Positions 1 to 13,980 of a stretch of DNA of 64,000 nt are shown here, piece after piece. The position numbers and the translations under genes were made by a program. Under the pieces are notes generated by a model that was given only the letters and a program-made list of their open reading frames with translations, had not been told where the DNA came from and made no database searches. The stretch is from Octopus vulgaris. Its lineage: Eukaryota. Position 1 is the stretch's first letter; every line of letters begins with the position of its first letter. The stretch spans positions 60,574,001 through 60,638,000 of the forward strand of contig OX597822.1 in the NCBI GenBank assembly GCA_951406725.2, read 5' to 3'.

Positions 1-135
1 GTATCGTGCGAACTAATGCCAGGAGACAGATTCCACGAATTAACCAACAACATACAGGAAAAGGGAATTCAGAAACGAATGTTTTGAAACCTAAGCCACT
101 TGAAAATTGTCCTCCTCCAGAAAAGGGCACTACAG
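1..135 (+). CDS. Partial upstream coding exon of gene 1 (...RTNARRQIPRINQQHTGKGNSETNVLKPKPLENCPPPEKGTTG), ending in a phase-1 donor
   Basis: Open frame from the window start; CAG|GTACGA donor at 135/136. The phase-1 end matches the phase-1 acceptor at 2983/2984 (joined codon G+GG = Gly). Confidence 0.65.
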
Positions 136-814
136 GTACGAACTTTCATAAAATTGTTCCATACATATGCGCGCGCGCCTGTGTGTATGTGAATGTATGT
201 ATGAATATATGTGTGTGTGTGTCTGTCTGTCTGTCTATCTGGTTTCTATTTGCTTCAATCATTCGAAAGACCCAAATATATTTTAGGTTATGCGTTTCTT
301 CATACCATACATAAATTTGCTTTTTATTTGTGTTTTTTTTTTAAACCGAACGGGCCTGTATTTCCCTGTGTTTCGCTTCTTGCTCATTTTTTTTTTCGAA
401 CTTGTTTCATTATCGTCTCCTTTCTCGTGTTTTATTTATTATTGCCTAATTTTTCTTTACGAGTTGCTTACCTTCCAGCCTCAATAGCTGTTGATACCGC
501 TGTTTCAATCAATAATTCAGTCCTAAATTGCATGAAAATTGCAGAAGCAGATTGTTGTACTCAAACAGAACCAAAATATACTAAACTAAAATCACACTGA
601 ACATTTTTTTTTTCTCAAAAAAGAAAATAAGTTATGAATGCAAGGAACATTTGTTGAACGTAAGAGTTTGGTTGCTGATTGTAATTGTTAGTAAAAACAG
701 TTCACTGTTACTATCTCACAAACAACATTTCCTTCTAAATAGGACATATATCCACATCAATATAATGCCAGTTCAATAACATATCAACTTTAGCCAACGA
801 TAGCCACTCTATTA

Positions 815-1010
815 GGCGGCAAACTGGCAGAATGGTTAGCATGCTGAACGAAATGCTTAGCAGTATTTCGCCTATCGCTACGTTCTGAGTTCAAATTCCG
901 CCGAGGTCGACTATGCCTTTCATCCTTTCAGGGTCGATAAAATAAGTACCACTGGGGTCGATGTAATCGACTCATCCCAAGCTGCCCTTGTGGCAAAAAT
1001 TTGAAATTAG
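815..1010 (+). mobile_element. Nin-domain SINE (family A)
   Basis: Core gcctttcatcctttcagggtcgataaaataagtacc; 14-bp TSD agccactctattag (802-815 and 1011-1024). Confidence 0.85.
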
Positions 1011-2983
1011 AGCCACTCTATTAGCCTGCAATGAGCCTGATCAAAGAAGCAGTTACAACTCTTTTTGTCTCTCGAATTGGAAGAGCAAAAACATGAGCTG
1101 AAATGTATTTTTAATGAAATGTTGCGAGGGAAGATTGAGGCTATTCAAAACCTGCGACTACGAGACTGACCATATTTAACTGAAAAAATTCCAGGGGGTT
1201 TCATTGGCGTTCATTGACAATATAGCTAAGAATATTCTCATTTGTGTGATATTCCTTAAGTTTGACAAATAAACTCATGTTTTTTATACTTTCCACAACT
1301 GCTTAATATTTTAAAAAACTAAGAAAGCAAAAACAATACAATACCATAAAAAGCCAAAATGGATTTGGAAAACGACAAGTTTGTTGATCTACGGAAGGCT
1401 ATCAACTATGTGCTGAAATGTAAACAAATAAATATATATACATAGCTCATCAGCAAAAATTGAAAAAGAGAAAAAATATTTGGACTTAACAGAAAAGTGA
1501 AGCTTTGAATTCAAACTGAAACAATAATTGGCCAATTGAAAGGAAAACTCTGTCATTTGAAGAGCGCAGCCGAAAAAAAATTTTAACAGGAAATTTTGAT
1601 GAAATAAAAGATCGACTCAAAGTTGCGGGGATGGCTGAAAAGATCACAGAAGCGCTTCTCAAGAGGATACATTTAGAATGATCTTATAAAAAAGTTTATC
1701 GAAAATATATGCACAGTTTTTTTATTTTATTAAAATATATTTGGTCTTTGTTAGATTAGAGTTGTTTTATAAAATTACCACATATATATCCTCAAATAGC
1801 TATCACACCCTGTATAGGCACTTAAGCAATTAGCGAAGTCATGATGTGAGCCACCAAAGTGTAATCGCTTGCGAGTAGTGGTCATAATTTGTGTGTGTGT
1901 GTGTGTGTGCACGTGTGTCTGTGTGTGTGTTTGTGTGCACATGTGTATGTGTGTATGTATGTACGTGTGTTTACACATATGGACATATGGAGGCACGTGT
2001 GTGTGTGCGTATGTATGTATGTATGTATGTATGTATGTATGTATGTATGTATGTATGTATGCATGTATGTATGTATGTATGTATGTTTTTACATTTACAC
2101 ATATGGACATATGGAGAACAGCTTTTCTTTTTAAGATGTTTTATTGAAAACAAGACTACATTCTAATTTATTCATTTTCGTTAAAGTTTACTTGTATCTA
2201 CGAATCAAACCCTTATTGTTCGTTTGGAGCAATAGTCACCTTTATGAATGTTTACAGGCTATCTTCGCCTCGTTCTCCGAGTGTAGACCGGTTTGGGTTT
2301 CTGCCTATATTGGATTGCTGCTCATGCTTATATAGACATTCCCGCCAGAATGTTATTGTCAGAGTGTATATACATGTATAATTTAGTTACCGAGAGAAAC
2401 TGTCTATATCCCTTTGACTATTTTTCAACGCCTCCACCCACGAGACATGTAAGACGCACTCATCCTTAAATCGAAGACAAGCCCAAATGCTTGGAGCTGA
2501 TTTAAAACCGCGAAAGACACTCAAGGACCAGATGATGATGTTCAACTAGTCGGTGATGGATTTAGTTAGTCTACCACCCAAAATAATCAGAACTCATAGT
2601 CGGAACAAATGCCACAAGGCAATTTGTCCGGAGTTCTAACAGTTTCACTAATCCAAGTATTTTATTTTATCGATGCAGAAAGGATGAAAGGCAAAGCTGA
2701 CCTCGATAGAACGTAAAATGAAAAGAAATTACGCAAAGCATGTTGTCCAACGCCTCTGACAACTGTGTGTGCTTGGGGTGTCTATGTGTGTAGAATGTGT
2801 GTGAGAGAATTTATGGAAGTGTATTAATTTAGAGAGGAGGGAATTCATAAGATAGAGGCATAAATGAATAAATGGTTATATATTTAAACGAACGCTTGAG
2901 TTATGTATAATTATGTATGTGTATCCATGTAATAATTCCTTGTTCATTTATTAAACGAAAGTCTATTGTTTTTTTTTATTCAG

Positions 2984-5900
2984 GGAGACGTCGGAAAGGT
3001 CGTGGAAACTTTGACAGAGGGAAAAGTCAGATTGAAAAAGAACAAGGATCAGAAAAAGAAGAGATGGAGGGTCAAACGACAGGGAAGGAAGAAGATAACT
3101 TAACAAATACTTCCAATTCCAACCAACCTGTAGAGAAAACTAATAACAGAACAAACTTCCCACGTGGAATTTCTGAACGAAACCCTAACAAGAATAAAGG
3201 TCGTAAAAGAACAGCCAAAGATGAAACAGTCACAGTAGATGTTGAGGAAGAGAAACATCAACCGAGAGATGATTCCAAAGTAAATGATTATAGTGCGAAA
3301 GATAAAATCGCAGGGAAAAAAGATGTAAACACACGTGAAAATATCAAACAGACTAAAAGGAAGGAAAAATTAAAAAAGAAATCGAATAAAAATTCTGAAG
3401 TTCTAAGAAAAAGTAGCAAGACTGTTGATTCCCAGTTACCCGAATATTCTAAACAAAACGATGACGCTGACCCAGATATAAAAAATAGTCAAACTGGTAA
3501 GAACGATATGAACAATGAAGAAACCGTTGATAATTATTCCAATAGTAATGAAGAGAAAAATAACGAATCAATGGTAAGACAATCACCAGTTGATGTAAAT
3601 GTAAATAAACAAAGTGAAGTAGTTTCTGTACATGAGAGTAACGCTGAAGGCAAGGATGATAGTGGAAATGCCGACAATTTTTCAAATAATACTGAAAAGG
3701 AGGAAAGTAAATCAGAGGTTACAAATGACCCAAATATAGATACTACTTCAGCTGACGTAAATAAAACAGACCAAGAGAATGTTAAAACGAGTGAAGAAGA
3801 AAAGCATACATCTGACAATGAAGATATGAAATCTGAAACATCTCGAGACAAAGTTAATGCTACGCACACTAGTGATAGATTTAGTCCACAAAAATCTAAC
3901 GAAAAAGTAGATGATGTCTCAGAATCATCTACTGTGGACTTAAAGCAAACTCCAGAGTTAAAAACCAGAGAGTCCAATGAAAATATCAATATTAACCAAG
4001 AGAAGGAACAAGAACAATTTCCAGTTGACAATGAACCTAACTCTGTAGAGAGGAAATCTGATTCCATATTAGAAAGAAATACTCCTAAGAAGTATACAGA
4101 AACTGATGAAGAAAACGGTGAGACTTTGGATAATTCTCCATCACTTCATAACACTTCCGTAGATGATGATGATGGTGATGATGTGAATAGACTTGCTGCT
4201 TACCAAAAGGAAGTTATTAATGATGTTCAGGAAAGAGACAATGAGACAAAAACCAAGGATGCAGGTGGTGATACTGATATGAATGAAATGGAACTTACAG
4301 CTGAGAATCTTACAGATGATATTGATGTAACTGATGCTGCAAAAACTGATAATGAAAATGGACGTTCGGACAGCAATTTGCCCGATAAGATAATTGCAAA
4401 GGATTCTATGAGTGAAAATGTGATAGCTAATGCAGAACAGCCAACAGAAGAGACAAGTACAGCAGCTGAAGTTATCGACAGTGATTCAAATGTTTCTAGA
4501 GATGTAAATATTGATAATAATGCATCTAAACATTCAGATGATAATGCTGTCTCTGATACTGACACTATCAATAACAACACAAATACTGTAGTTGATGAAG
4601 GGGTCGATACGAAAGCTGTTGATGACGGAAATATTTCCCACCAAACTGATAAAGACTTAGTCACTGATATATCTGAAGACACTGCTGTAGCAGGTGATAT
4701 TCAAAACTCCAATGATTTGGGAGACGTCACACCTGACAGTGTAAGCTTAGTCCGTAGTAATGTGAATTCAGACAAGGCAAGACGAGATTCCCTTGAAGAA
4801 AATGATGTCCCATCTCACTTTAACAGTGAAGATGGAGTAGAAAATGAAACAAATGACATAGAAAAGAACTTTAATGATGGTTCCAGAAACACGAGAAATG
4901 ATGAATATAATGAAGACTCCTCAAATGAAATACCAAATAATGTACCCCAAAAGCCTATTGCTGACAGCAATAAAGAGACCAGTGATATAAATGCAAATAA
5001 TGGTCAAAATAGCCAGTCTAAAGAACAGAAAAATATTTCTAATGGAGAAAGTGTTGATAACTTTATAGATGATAGATATGAAACGTTGAACCCTTCTGTT
5101 AACAATGGAAACCGACTTGAAGACAATTCGCCAGCGATGACGAGTTTCGTCGAAAATAACGACAGAAAATCTGGTGAAACTAGTAAAATGGATGAAAGTG
5201 ATAACATTTTAAACGCAGATGTGGAAAATACCGAAAACGATGATGTTACATATAGTAAAAATGGGAACTTTCAGAACGAGAATGTTGGCGGAATCGAAGT
5301 TTTATCTGATACTGCTCGAGATAAATCTGGAACTCCTGACGTGCTTGATAACAGCAATGACAGTTTGAGAATCGCTGATACAGAAGACAATACTCAGAAC
5401 ATAAATGAAGATAAAACATCCCTACGCGAGAAAAACGATATTAGGACCGAGAAAACTGAGCTTGATAACATGACCTCTGACTGTGAAGGCTTCGTTGCTG
5501 CAGATAGCAAAACTCAAGACCAACATAGTTCTTCTTGTGTAGAAGAACGTGATAATGATGAAAATAATGATGGAGATGTAGATGGTGACGGTCACAGAAG
5601 GGATGATGATGCTGTTGATGATGACAATGGTAAAGGAGGTGATGTTACTGAGAGAAGTAGAGAAACTATTAGTTTAACTAGAGACAATAATGAAACGAAT
5701 GATGATGTAAATATCGCGGAGGACGGTTCTACGGAACCTGACGTTGGTGACAGTGTAGAAGCTAAACCGAGTAACGATGGAGATGTGCAGAATACAAGAA
5801 CAAACTCAGAGAGTACGATTAAAGATGTCATATATAGTAACGGTAGCCCAACCGAAGGTGGTGAGGCTAACGGAAGCACTGTAAATGTTGCAGAGACTAT

Positions 5901-6642
5901 TGCTGCAAATACTGATGATAACACAGTAAAAAGGCGTGACAGCAGAGATGGTGGTGGTAATGATGTCTCACAGGAAGTTTCAATGAGTATTGATGAAGAT
6001 GGCAATGTTAATAAAGTTACAGGAAGTACTACATTAGCTGGTGATGTTAATATAGATGCAGTCGTAGAGAAGAATGCTATTGAAGATAATGTTAGCAATG
6101 GTGAATCGGATGTTACAGGGAAGGCTACTGATAACGATAGCATTAACACTGCTTCGGTAGGAATTATAGATAGTGCTACTACTGACAATATTGCCGACAA
6201 GACTGAGTTTTCTACTGTAGATGAAGATGATACCAATGCTACATCAGAAGTTACAGAGAGTAATCCTGTTGATGGTGACACAAACCTTTTTGCTTCAGGG
6301 GTTACAAAAACTACTCCTGGAGATGAACATGTGAACAATGATGTAATGAAAGTTACAGACAGTCATAATGTAGACAGTGATGAAGCGTATGCTGACAAAC
6401 AAGTGACGGACAGTAATACTGAGCACAATAGTGATAATGATAAATCAACAGAGAATATGAACAGTACTACAAAGGATGAGGACGGTAACCTTGTCCCACC
6501 GATAATTACAGACAGAAATAATGGAGACGGTGAAACTAACGTCAGCGCGGAGGAAGATATGCAGAACGCTAAAGAGGTTACTGATGTCAATAATGCAGTA
6601 GAGAATGAAGGGTCTAGTAGTGATGATAAAAATATTGGCTGA
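2984..6642 (+). CDS. Very large exon encoding a D/E/N/S/T-rich, probably disordered protein region (~1,220 aa); basic patches near its start; no recognisable domain
   Basis: 1241-aa ORF 2917..6642; acceptor ttttttttattcag|G at 2983/2984; non-repetitive DNA; TGA at 6640-6642; possible donor AAG|GTACTA at 6675/6676. Confidence 0.85.
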
Positions 6643-7431
6643 GGAAGAAGAGTGAGCTACTGACACTATATCAAGGTACTATCATCATTTTGCTGGGAAT
6701 TGTAAAAGTTAAAAAATAAAAGAGCGGAATTTGTATATTCGGAGTAGAACCAAAATACTTGAACATGTATTTTTACGTAAGAAAACATTTCGTTATGCGG
6801 TCATTTGTAATTTTCACAACATTGAATACATAAAAAAAAGAATATGTTGATTCTTAAACATTGGTGATAAATTTTGTGAAATCCTTGCCTTATCCATCCA
6901 TAGACTAATTTAGAAACATTGTATTGGTCAGAAATAGTAAGTTCCCAAGGAGAATGAAAGAAAAGGGGAACGCGATTATGATGGACAAGAAAAGATGGCG
7001 TCCAATACTTTCATGTATGACTTAACTCAAATATGACGTAATACAAAATTCAGTAGTAAATATGTCAACTTTAAAACTGATTTCCAATGAAACGTGACTT
7101 GTCATACGTTATGAATAATTGACCTGTTGTTTCCTGTTTTAAAAAAATGTTAATTTATTGGTTGTTGATGTTGTTGTTCTTTTTTTTTTTGTTATTGTTG
7201 TTCGTAGTGACTCTAGGTGATTAAATAGCAGAAGGGTGACAGAGAGACAGAAATATCAGAGTCGTTCCAAATAACTTATACGTTATGATTCGAGATTCAG
7301 TTGAAGGTATTCTTCTGTCGACACTCTTACGGTGTCTATGGAATTGGTACAAATACTGTAGTAGTTTAAGTTACTCGACAGCAACTTTCCCGATGCAACT
7401 AGCAGCCTAGCAGGAGTTATCAAGTGATGTA

Positions 7432-7638
7432 TTAGTAGAATCGTTAGAGCGTCCGAAAAAAAAAACCTGCGGTATTTCTTCCGGCTATATAGATCTGAGT
7501 TCAAATTCCGCCGAAGTCGACTTTGCCTTTTATCCTTTCGGGATCGATAAATTAAGTACCAGTTTTGTACTGGGGTCGATCTAATCGACTAGCCCTCTCC
7601 TCCAAAATTTCGGGCCTTGTGCCTACAGTAGAAAAGAA
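7432..7638 (+). mobile_element. SINE family A copy
   Basis: gagttcaaattccgccga plus Nin core. Confidence 0.8.
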
Positions 7639-8562
7639 TATTTGACTTGCATTTTATTTTGTTGCCACCAAGAATTTCAACAGCAAAGCCAACATCACAG
7701 GCTGTAGTAACCAAATATTGATTTCAAATTTTGACAAAAGGCTAGCAATTTCAGGGAAGTTGATAAGTCACTTACGTACACCGTAATGTCCAACTGGCAC
7801 TTATACCATCGATCTGGAAAGAATGGAAGTCGAGTGGACGTAAAGTCAGAAGAAATGCCTCTAAGCATTTTTCCCGGTGCTGTAGCTATCCTGTAAGTTC
7901 GTAGTGGTGGTGATGGGGGAGGGATGATGATGATGATGAGGATGATGTTGATGATGATTCTGAATTGAATGTCCATACTTGTGCCCGTAGTAAGTAGTAA
8001 ATCACCTTTAATAGTATATGTATGTGTGTGATGTATGTACGTGTATATACGCGTATGTGTGAGTACATATGCGTGTGTGTCTGTGTGTCTGTGTGTCTGT
8101 ATACGTAGTGTGTATATGTGCGCGCGCGTGTAATGTCACAGCCAATTTTTGCCAAATTTCTCTTGAAGGAAACCGGATTTATTGTAATATCTCTATGTCA
8201 TTGTTTAATAGTTGTATACCCAAGATCTTTTGCACATTCCATCTGCAAATTATTAACATTGCGATCATTACGTAAATCTGAGCTCCCTGAAACAGCTGTT
8301 GAGTGTATTGTATCTTTTATGGTCTATAAAAATATAATACATGTAGATATGTGTGTATGTGTGTGTGCGCGTGCATGTATCAAGCCTAATTGTGTTTATC
8401 TGCATCACTTCCTCCATATCAGCTAGCCTTGGATTTCTTTTATAGGCACTCTTGATGCCAAGGACATAGTCCTGGATGAGTAATTCGGAGTCCAAGTTCA
8501 AAAATCCATTTGAGCCCGATTATCTTTTTTCTATACCGAGCATATCTAACTCTTGCCAATTG

Positions 8563-8636
<74 letters not shown>

Positions 8637-8755
8637 ACGTCTCAGTGTGGTTCCGAGTTCAGTCCCACTGTGTGACACCTTGGCACGTGTTTTCTACAAT
8701 AGCCCCGAGCCGACCAAAACCTTGTGAGTGTATTAGATCGACCGTAGTATATATG

Positions 8756-8812
<57 letters not shown>

Positions 8813-9403
8813 GTGTGTGTATGTATATATATATATACATACAGAGTGAGAGAGAGGGGCAATTGTGCGGATAAACAAATTAAGCACATCAAATGCATTA
8901 AATGTATTAAATACATTAAATACAAAATATGTATATATGTATATATACATGCAAAATAAGAGAAAGCAAAATGTGGGAATTTTGATGTATAAATATATAG
9001 ATATTCATGTTAATACGTTCAACTTACACAGAATACAAACGACAGAGAATATTTTTGCACGAATATATTACATAGACAATAAAAAATGCATAAAGCTATG
9101 AAGAGAATACAAAATTTCTGAACTCGATAGTTTGAGGAAGCTCAGATTTACCTAATAATTAATATGTCAATACTTTGCAGAGAGAATGTGCAAAAAGATT
9201 GGGCATGTACCCATTAAACAAGGACATAGAGCTATTACAATAAATCCGGCTTCCTTCAAGAGGAAATTAAGAAAATTAGGCTACGACGTTACACGCGCCC
9301 GCATGCGTACACATCATACATACACACACACATATATATACTGACGCAAAGACTCCAGCTTTGGACTTCTCTGCATTAAGATATATGTAAGATTTTCTCT
9401 ACC

Positions 9404-9518
9404 CTGACGACGGAGGCTCGACTTATCCGATGTTAATTGCTTCCATACGGCTGCACATTGTGATGAACTAAATCTACCAATATTATTATGGATCAGCGAG
9501 CCCCTAGAAACAGCTGTT
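9404..9518 (+). ncRNA. Hammerhead-like motif with long stem II insertion
   Basis: CUGACGA at 9404-9410; GGAGGCUCG pairs with CGAGCCCCU (9497-9505); GAAA at 9507-9510; palindromic CAGCUG. Confidence 0.45.
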
Positions 9519-9900
9519 GAACATATAACACCTTTCTTACACCTCTTTAATTTTGTCTGTCGTTTTCACTCTAGGTAAGTTGAACCGATAATATAAATAT
9601 CTATATATTTATACATAAAAATTCATCATCTGAAAGTTTCCACTTTTTGTTTTCTCTCATTTTGCATATACACATATATACATATTTTGTATTTCATGTA
9701 TTTAATATATTTAATAGATTTGGTGAGTCTAATTCGTTTTATCCGCATAATTGCCTCTGTACCTGCACAACTTGATCTCCCTTTCTTTACATTGTGGAAT
9801 GACCCTCTCTAAAGACATTGGAATCAAAGTTTGAATCATTTGAGCACCACTAAGTGTCTTCTGTATGGAGAGTCTCTGGGTGTCAAATGTGAACTATATA

Positions 9901-10001
<101 letters not shown>

Positions 10002-10109
10002 GTGTGTATATATATATATATATGTATGTATGTATGTATGTATGCATTAAAATATATATATATATATATATACACACATATTAATATATGTATATTAATA
10101 TATATATAT

Positions 10110-11073
10110 ATATATACTACATATGTGGAAAATCGGTGTGTGTTTGTTTGTGGCGTTGTTAGTTAACTCCTCCTACACCGTTTTATTGATTTTGATGAAA
10201 CTTGACACGTGAATAGAACTCAAGTCTGAAAACCTCGTGACATACTTAGATTGCTGAAAAAATCGATTGTTCGGCCCCTTGAAGGGACCTTTACATCTAC
10301 CTCATATAACTAATTTTTTAAACATTCAAGGGATATAACCCATAGCACCTGTACAATATATTCTTAACACTCAAGGGAAATAACCCATTTCATCGTTTGT
10401 GTTCGATTACTTTGAATATTGATTTTTTGTGTGTCCTATTTCTAATTTTTGCAGACAATATAACTTTTATACTTTATTTGACCTAATTCTGCATTTCACT
10501 ACTCACAGTTTTGAACTGCTAAACATCATTATTGCACTTCCTTAATTTGAATCTTAAACATTAAAGACTTCATTCATGCATTTCTATATATACATACTTT
10601 TTTGAATGCCCATTACTCCGATAATTCTGCATTTTTACAATTACACTTTTTCCATGACAGGAGATAATTTTTTATTCTGCAATGTATTTGTAGTGGCTTG
10701 ATGCAGGTATAGAGTGGATTCGATCCTCGATTGCCAAATTTCACTTAACATTTCAACAACGCTCTTCTCGCGGTAAAACAATAGTCTTTCTGTGAATAAC
10801 AGCAGTTATGCATTTACCAGATGCCTTCGCTAAGCAGAATAATGTCTTTTCCTCTCACCAACCTCCGACAAGCTTTCTTGGCAACCTCCGAAAACCTCTC
10901 TCGCCAATCTCCAACAACCTTTCCCTCCTCCGTCTGATGGTTTTTTGTACTTTTTCGTGACGGAATATACACCTTTTGTGGCAGTTATAACGAAATTGCT
11001 TTCTTATACCAGAATAATAGGGCGTTTGAATAGAACATTTTTACTCCCGGGAATTACCGGTTACATCAGCTAG
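10110..11073 (+). mobile_element. Non-autonomous Helitron; a 5' copy of the same family lies at ~50010-50300
   Basis: Ends ccgggaattaccgg..CTAG|T; shares gattttgatgaaacttgacacgtg with ~50095. Confidence 0.65.
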
Positions 11074-11094
11074 TATATATACATACATACATAC

Positions 11095-11206
<112 letters not shown>

Positions 11207-13149
11207 TATTTCGTTTTTGGATTTGGTTTGCAAAGAAAAGATAAAAGATATAGATGTGTGTATGCGTGTATGTATGTATGTATATGTGTCCGCGCGTTTT
11301 TGTGTCTGTCCCCCCACCAGCTGGTGTTGGTTTATTTATTTCCCCGTCAGAGGAAGCAAAAAAGACAAACTACTGGATTTTGAAAATAACTACTGCGGTC
11401 GATTTGTTCGACTAGAAATCTTTCAATGCGGTATCCCAACATGGCTGCAACCCAAGAATTGAAATGAAGAAAAGATAAAGGATATTCACTACACCATTAC
11501 CTAGTTGAACATTCCAGCATGCTCATGTTTCTACGTATTAACCTGGTCTTGGCTTGTTCCTGTTGTTCTATTTCTATCGTAAATAATATCATTGTTTAGT
11601 ACGTGAACCGGTAACAGTACATTCCATATTCACAGAATATGGATTATGAGGCACGTTTATACAATTTCACGCCATTGTGGTACATACACACGTTTCTCTC
11701 TCTTTCTTTCTCTCTCTCTATCTCTCTCTCTCTCTCTTTTTCTCTCTCTGCCTCTCTTTCACTCTCTATATATAAATATATATATATAATTTTTTACTTG
11801 CTTCAGTCATGTATGTGTGTATGCATATATATGCGCATATACATACATATGAATATGTACGTATAAAATAATACATATATATAGAAACATACATACATAT
11901 ATACATATATGCATACATACATACATACATACATACATACATGTATGTGTGTGTGTGCGCGCGTGCGTGCATGCGTGCGTGTGTGCATGCGTGAGTGCAT
12001 GCGTGCGTGCATGCATGCGTGCGTGCATGCGTGCGTGCATGTGTGCGTGCCTATGAATGCATAAGAACTAAGAGCGCTTGATTCTGGAATGAAGTGAAAA
12101 ATGTATGGATAAGTTTCGATTAGATATAAGAATAGATAAAGCAAAATAACAATGTTTGGAATAGAAAATAATTGGTTTTCTCAGCTTTTTTTATGGGTAT
12201 GGTAAAATAAGTATATATTCTTACATACGCACATACATGCATGCATTTATGCATGCATACATACATACATACATACATACATACATACATACATACATAC
12301 ATACATACATACATACATACATACATACATACATACATACACGCATTCATACACGTATATAGTATAATGAATTATATGATATGAGTGTATATGTTATCCA
12401 AATGGTGTTAATTTTTTTAATACATACCAAATATAAGTTCTTACGTGTAATAAAGTTGCTTAAAGAGAATATCAGCAGACTGTGTTCAAGGTTAGAAATT
12501 TGTCGTATTTGAAACATAAAAATCATCAGCAGTAAGCTTATGGATAAAATGGTTTATGTTTTTGACTTAGTAACAATAGTGACGTCAGAATTTCTCTTAT
12601 GACCTTTTGCGTTAGAATTGCTTTCATATATTCCAGTTAAGGAATAAAATGGTTGCAGTTGAGAATAGTGTCTCCCTAATAAATTACTGCTGTTCTAAAG
12701 TACCAACTAACGAAAGCAACAGCAGCAATCATAATGGTTTCGATTTCGGCACAAGGCCGGCTGTTTTTGAGAGGAAGGCATCTGTTAATACCATCGATCC
12801 TACCGTTTGACTGGAACTTAACTTTATCAACCTTGATGAAGTTTGAACCCAGGCAGTAGATAGCCGGAACAAATGCCGTAAGGAATTTTTTTCGACGCTC
12901 AAGTGATTCTGGACGACAGTTTTGAGCGGACAAGATTGATATCATCGGCACCCAGTACTTGATTGGGAGGAAAGACATTTGAATTCAGGAGATTTGAATT
13001 CAGAACGTGAACTATCTGTAGAGATTTCGCTGGGCTTTTTGCCCGACGCTTTAACGATTCTTCCTAGAACAACTATTATAATTATATCCTAAAAAAATCT
13101 CAGCTTATTTTGCTGGCTATGATGGAAAGTGTCAGTTGTCCATAGCCAG

Positions 13150-13980
13150 CAGACTAAGGTGACATTTGTTTGCTGATCATGCTTCAAGAACCCAGCAGAG
13201 TACTCTTGCAGTTCCAAACAATGATGATGTTTGTAGGTGTTCTATCTTTACATTTATTCCAGTCATTTTGATCCATGTTGGTAGTTGGGTACTGATACTT
13301 CCAGTTGCATCAGTTACTATAGGTATCACGTCAACTCTCTTCATTGCTCATAACCTGCGTATATTCCACCAAAGTTCATCGTAGATGTTCACTTTTTCTT
13401 CTTCTTTGATTTCAAACCTATTTTCACCAGAACATGCTATGTCAATTATCAGGCACTTTTTCGTTCACTCCAACAATGTCAGGTTTTCGATGTTTAATAT
13501 GATGGTCACGCTGAATAATTGCATTTCACAGAATTTTAAAAACCCACACTGTCAGTAACTCCTTTTAGGATTTGGTCATATCACGTCTTTGATCTTTCTA
13601 TGACATAATTGCCCCAAAGCTCTCAAGGGATCATTCTTGCCACATTGTATTGTTGCCTTTTGTATTCACGATGTACCAGTTTTTGTACTAACTGCATTCT
13701 CTTAAGTCATGGTTCATACGTTCGTCTCCCTTTCTACACATTCTGCGTTTCCTCTCTCTCGCTGAGTTTTATCAATTATAGTAATCATCAACTTCAATCC
13801 AATGGCTTGTTCCTGAGAGGCTATAATTAGCGATTCAATTCCTCGTTTCAGGTTCCAATTTATCAGTCACAGACAGCGTTCTCTACTCCCAGCTTGTTCG
13901 GTTTGTTGTATGAATTGACCATACGATTCCTTCTCTTTCAATATACTTGTCCTGTCGTTCTTCGTTCTGTTTCTGAATTC
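13150..13980 (-). mobile_element. R4/Dong-type non-LTR retrotransposon 3' fragment (restriction-like endonuclease)
   Basis: Minus strand gives fragments NVARMI, RKPDIV, KCLIIDIACSGENRFEIKEEEK, VIPIV and LQTSSLFGTARVL. Confidence 0.75.

Noticed and set aside
1030-1690. Possible decayed hAT-like coding remnant
   Set aside because: Only vague similarity; no diagnostic motif readable.
2917-2983. ORF-track start MCIHVIIPCSF for the 1241-aa ORF
   Set aside because: Lies in the intron's polypyrimidine/acceptor region; the exon starts at 2984.
3449-6666. Minus-strand S/L/V-rich ORFs
   Set aside because: Antisense shadows of the large + strand exon.
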